This document shows positions 61,656-64,000 of a stretch of DNA of 64,000 nt, in pieces. The DNA lies in the NCBI GenBank assembly GCA_036172245.1, contig JAYWIR010000003.1, forward strand, positions 3,410,001-3,474,000, in the 5' to 3' direction. Under the pieces are notes generated by a model. It was not told where the DNA came from, did not search any database, and saw only the letters and a program-made list of their open reading frames with translations. Source of the stretch: Raillietiella orientalis. Taxonomy: Eukaryota. The position numbers and the translations under genes are program-made. Position 1 is the first letter of the stretch. Each line of letters begins with the position of its first letter.

Positions 61656-62819
61656 TCAGACGGCGGTGGTCACGCCGAAATTCGGGGGCTGCTCCTTGCT
61701 GGACGTGGGCAGCGGGTTCCAGGAAGAGCAGGCCCTGGAGGGTGGAAGAAGCCTCCTTAGCGCCTCGCGGAACTGCTGGCTCATGTAGCAGTAGAGAACG
61801 AAGTTGGTGGCGCTGTTGACCAGGGCGAGCAGGTCGATGACCTCGTCCAGCGGGTTGACACACTCCTTGTAGAAGTCGTCCTTCAGCAAGGCACTGAGGA
61901 GGGACAGGATGCCCTGGGGCAGCTCGCTCATCAGGAAGAGCATGAGGATGCCGACGAGCATGGTGGTGGTCCTGTCCCGATGGCCGTCCGAGGACAGAGA
62001 TCCGCCCGCTCCTTTGGCGGCGGCGGACGGGATGGGACGGGACTTGCGGAAGGACATGAGGGACTTGCGCTTGCGGTGGGCGGCGCAGATCGTGGCAATC
62101 AGGTAGCCCATGAGGCCGGTCAGCAGGGCGCAAGGAACGAGCTTGACGGCAACGCCGTAGGTCCAGAAGAGGGCCATCCGCATGGAGTCGCTCTCGCCCA
62201 CGCCGCGCACCAGGTACAGAGTCTCGCCGCGGCTGTTCTTCAGCTCCTCGATGCGGAGGGACAGGAACACAGGGAGGCACAGGATGGGCGGGAGCAGGTA
62301 GGCGCTGGCGACGGTCATGGCGGCGCGGGAGCTGCTGCACAGCCGGGCGACGCTGCGGGGGAAGCGGACGTAGACGCAACGCCACACGGCCAGCGTCACC
62401 GTCAGCCAGATGGAGATGGTGTGGAAGAGCTGGGTGAAGTGGGCGTGGAAGAGGACGAACGCCGCCCAACGGTACGTGTACTTGGCGGACTGCGTGCGAA
62501 AGTGAAGGACGTAACTGTGGAGGCTGAAGGGGACGTACTCCAGCATGACCATCAGGTCGGCCACTGCCAGTCCCGTGAGGATCGTGTTGGTCGACGACCG
62601 CATCTCGCGGCGGGTCAGCACCACCACGTTGATGACGTTGCTGACGGCCCCGAAGAAGCACACGCACAGGCTGAGATACCCGTAGAAGGAGCTGAAGACC
62701 TGCTGGAAGTGCCGCAAGCTCCTGCCGCAGAACGCGCCCTCCAGCACGAAGTCGTTCGACTCCTTCGCCTCCATGACCAGGGAGTCGTTCAGCTGCCCCC
62801 TGGCTTCCCCGAGAAACAT
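61656..62819 (-). CDS. MsR: Rhodopsin-class neuropeptide GPCR, myosuppressin receptor (MsR/DmsR/dmsr-1)-like, 387 aa, intronless CDS
   Basis: Seven hydrophobic segments. GYLSLCVCFFGAVSNVINVVVLTRREMRSSTNTILTGLAVADLMVMLEYVP, HTISIWLTVTLAVWR, KLVPC, DRTTTML...FLMSELPQGIL and DLLALVNSATNFVLYCYMSQQFR closely match recalled myosuppressin receptor motifs. The first in-frame ATG is at 62819. Confidence 0.9.
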   Translation of the reverse strand: MFLGEARGQLNDSLVMEAKESNDFVLEGAFCGRSLRHFQQVFSSFYGYLSLCVCFFGAVSNVINVVVLTRREMRSSTNTILTGLAVADLMVMLEYVPFSLHSYVLHFRTQSAKYTYRWAAFVLFHAHFTQLFHTISIWLTVTLAVWRCVYVRFPRSVARLCSSSRAAMTVASAYLLPPILCLPVFLSLRIEELKNSRGETLYLVRGVGESDSMRMALFWTYGVAVKLVPCALLTGLMGYLIATICAAHRKRKSLMSFRKSRPIPSAAAKGAGGSLSSDGHRDRTTTMLVGILMLFLMSELPQGILSLLSALLKDDFYKECVNPLDEVIDLLALVNSATNFVLYCYMSQQFREALRRLLPPSRACSSWNPLPTSSKEQPPNFGVTTAV

Positions 62820-64000
62820 CCTCCTTTTGCCGAGGTCCCTTTCGTGCTCGGAGGGAGATCCTGCTCGGTGGCGCTGCACCGCTGCCGGACCCCTAGGAGG
62901 AGCACGTCACCGGTGCGGAAGGACACACCCGGGAGCGCTCGGGGACGCAGTCACCAACTGGGAACAGAGCCGTCATGAGGCACTGACCGGTCCTGGAAAG
63001 AAGCAGGGAAAAAAGGAGGACATCAGAAGAGTGTCTTGGAGGGTCGCATCACGAATGGAGGGACAGAAAGGCCGGAGGGGAGGCCGCGGGTACCGAGGAG
63101 GCGTTTTCGGCACGGAGCGACGACCGTGGCGATCTCCTACCGCGCCCATCGCTCTGAGGGGACGTGCCGCAGGCTGCAGCGCTCCCGCGGAGTTCTGCGC
63201 GGTCTTGTCGGGCCGGGAAACGAGAGCGAAGCCAGGCGATGACCTTCCGGGACCGACCATCACCTCTGTCCTCCGCCCTGCTCGCTTCTTCGGTTTTCCT
63301 CCCAGTGGAAATCGCGCGGTTCCGCCTCTGCTGGGAGACAGACCGGGAGGAAGGGCGCTTCTCTGACCAGTCCCACCCACCCGCTTTCTCTACGTAGTGG
63401 GTATTCATCTCCCTAGCCTGGAACGTTAGATGCAGACAGAAGGGCAGGCGGACGGTCACTCCTGGGAGATGCCGTGCCTCAGACGCGCAGGTCACGTGCA
63501 GGAAACTCACCGGCAAACTGCCGGTAGGAGGGTCGCACGCTCCGTAAGGACGACGTTTGCCCCTCTCCTCTCCTTCTCCCCCCTATGACCCCTCCGAAGA
63601 GCTACAGGGTAAGTTGCCGTGCCACCCGGGACGGAATTCAGGACGAAGAGGTCTCCGCGCCCTCTGGCGCGACACGGCGCTGACAGAGTTCTGTCGTTGG
63701 CATTGCATTTCCTGGAGGCTTCCTGTCGTGTCTACGGTGTCAGGGAGCTCGTGGCCGCCCTCCCGCCTACCCTCTGAGCGCATCGAGACCTCCAGGGCTG
63801 CGCCAGCAGTAGCGACCCTCGCGCGCTGCTGGACGCCACGGTTGCTACTAGTAGGATCGGAGTTTCCTCTCGGGAAGGGCCGAAGTTGCCTGGAGAGCGG
63901 CGGTGGCACTCGCCGTGTAGCTTTGACCCCGCAGTACAGTTTCCATGCGGACCCATCCCGAAGCTGAGAGCTTCCCTGGGAGAGCACGTCAGCGAGAGTG

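Noticed and set aside
61549..62978. Overlapping 372-aa and 332-aa ORFs across the GPCR (and similar ones across MTCH)
   Set aside because: These are alternate-frame or antisense artefacts of high GC3 codon usage.
63808..63853. Hairpin AGTAGCGACC...GGTTGCTACT followed by CTAG (Helitron-like end)
   Set aside because: The spacing is atypical for a Helitron terminus, no other Helitron features are present, and a stem this short can occur by chance.

Overview
This is eukaryotic genomic DNA, most likely from an arthropod, with GT-AG introns. Most ORFs in the supplied six-frame track are spurious products of GC-rich or purine-tract sequence. Genes supported by reading the sequence: (1) a CDK2AP1-like gene at 563-880 (+); (2) a 9-10 exon divergent Cys-loop anion-channel-type subunit at 15014-6929 (-); (3) a mitochondrial carrier homolog (MTCH) with an uninterrupted carrier ORF at 22285-23214 (+); (4) a cluster of three spliced, secreted His/Gly/Tyr-rich protein genes (25593-26624 +, 30616-31427 +, 35365-34905 -) plus a decayed partial copy at about 24323-24428; (5) a myosuppressin-receptor-like GPCR with an intronless CDS at 62819-61656 (-). 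The remainder contains decayed LINE reverse-transcriptase remnants, a 3-copy ~300 bp dispersed repeat, tRNA-like SINE heads, a 33-bp minisatellite and long GA-rich tracts. The most interesting element is the His/Gly/Tyr-rich secreted protein family. Its members share exon architecture, a short acidic motif before the last intron and conserved internal blocks. It is a candidate metal-binding or sclerotising structural protein system, and the ORF track shows it only as fragments or shadow frames. All gene models are manual reconstructions without transcript or database support.
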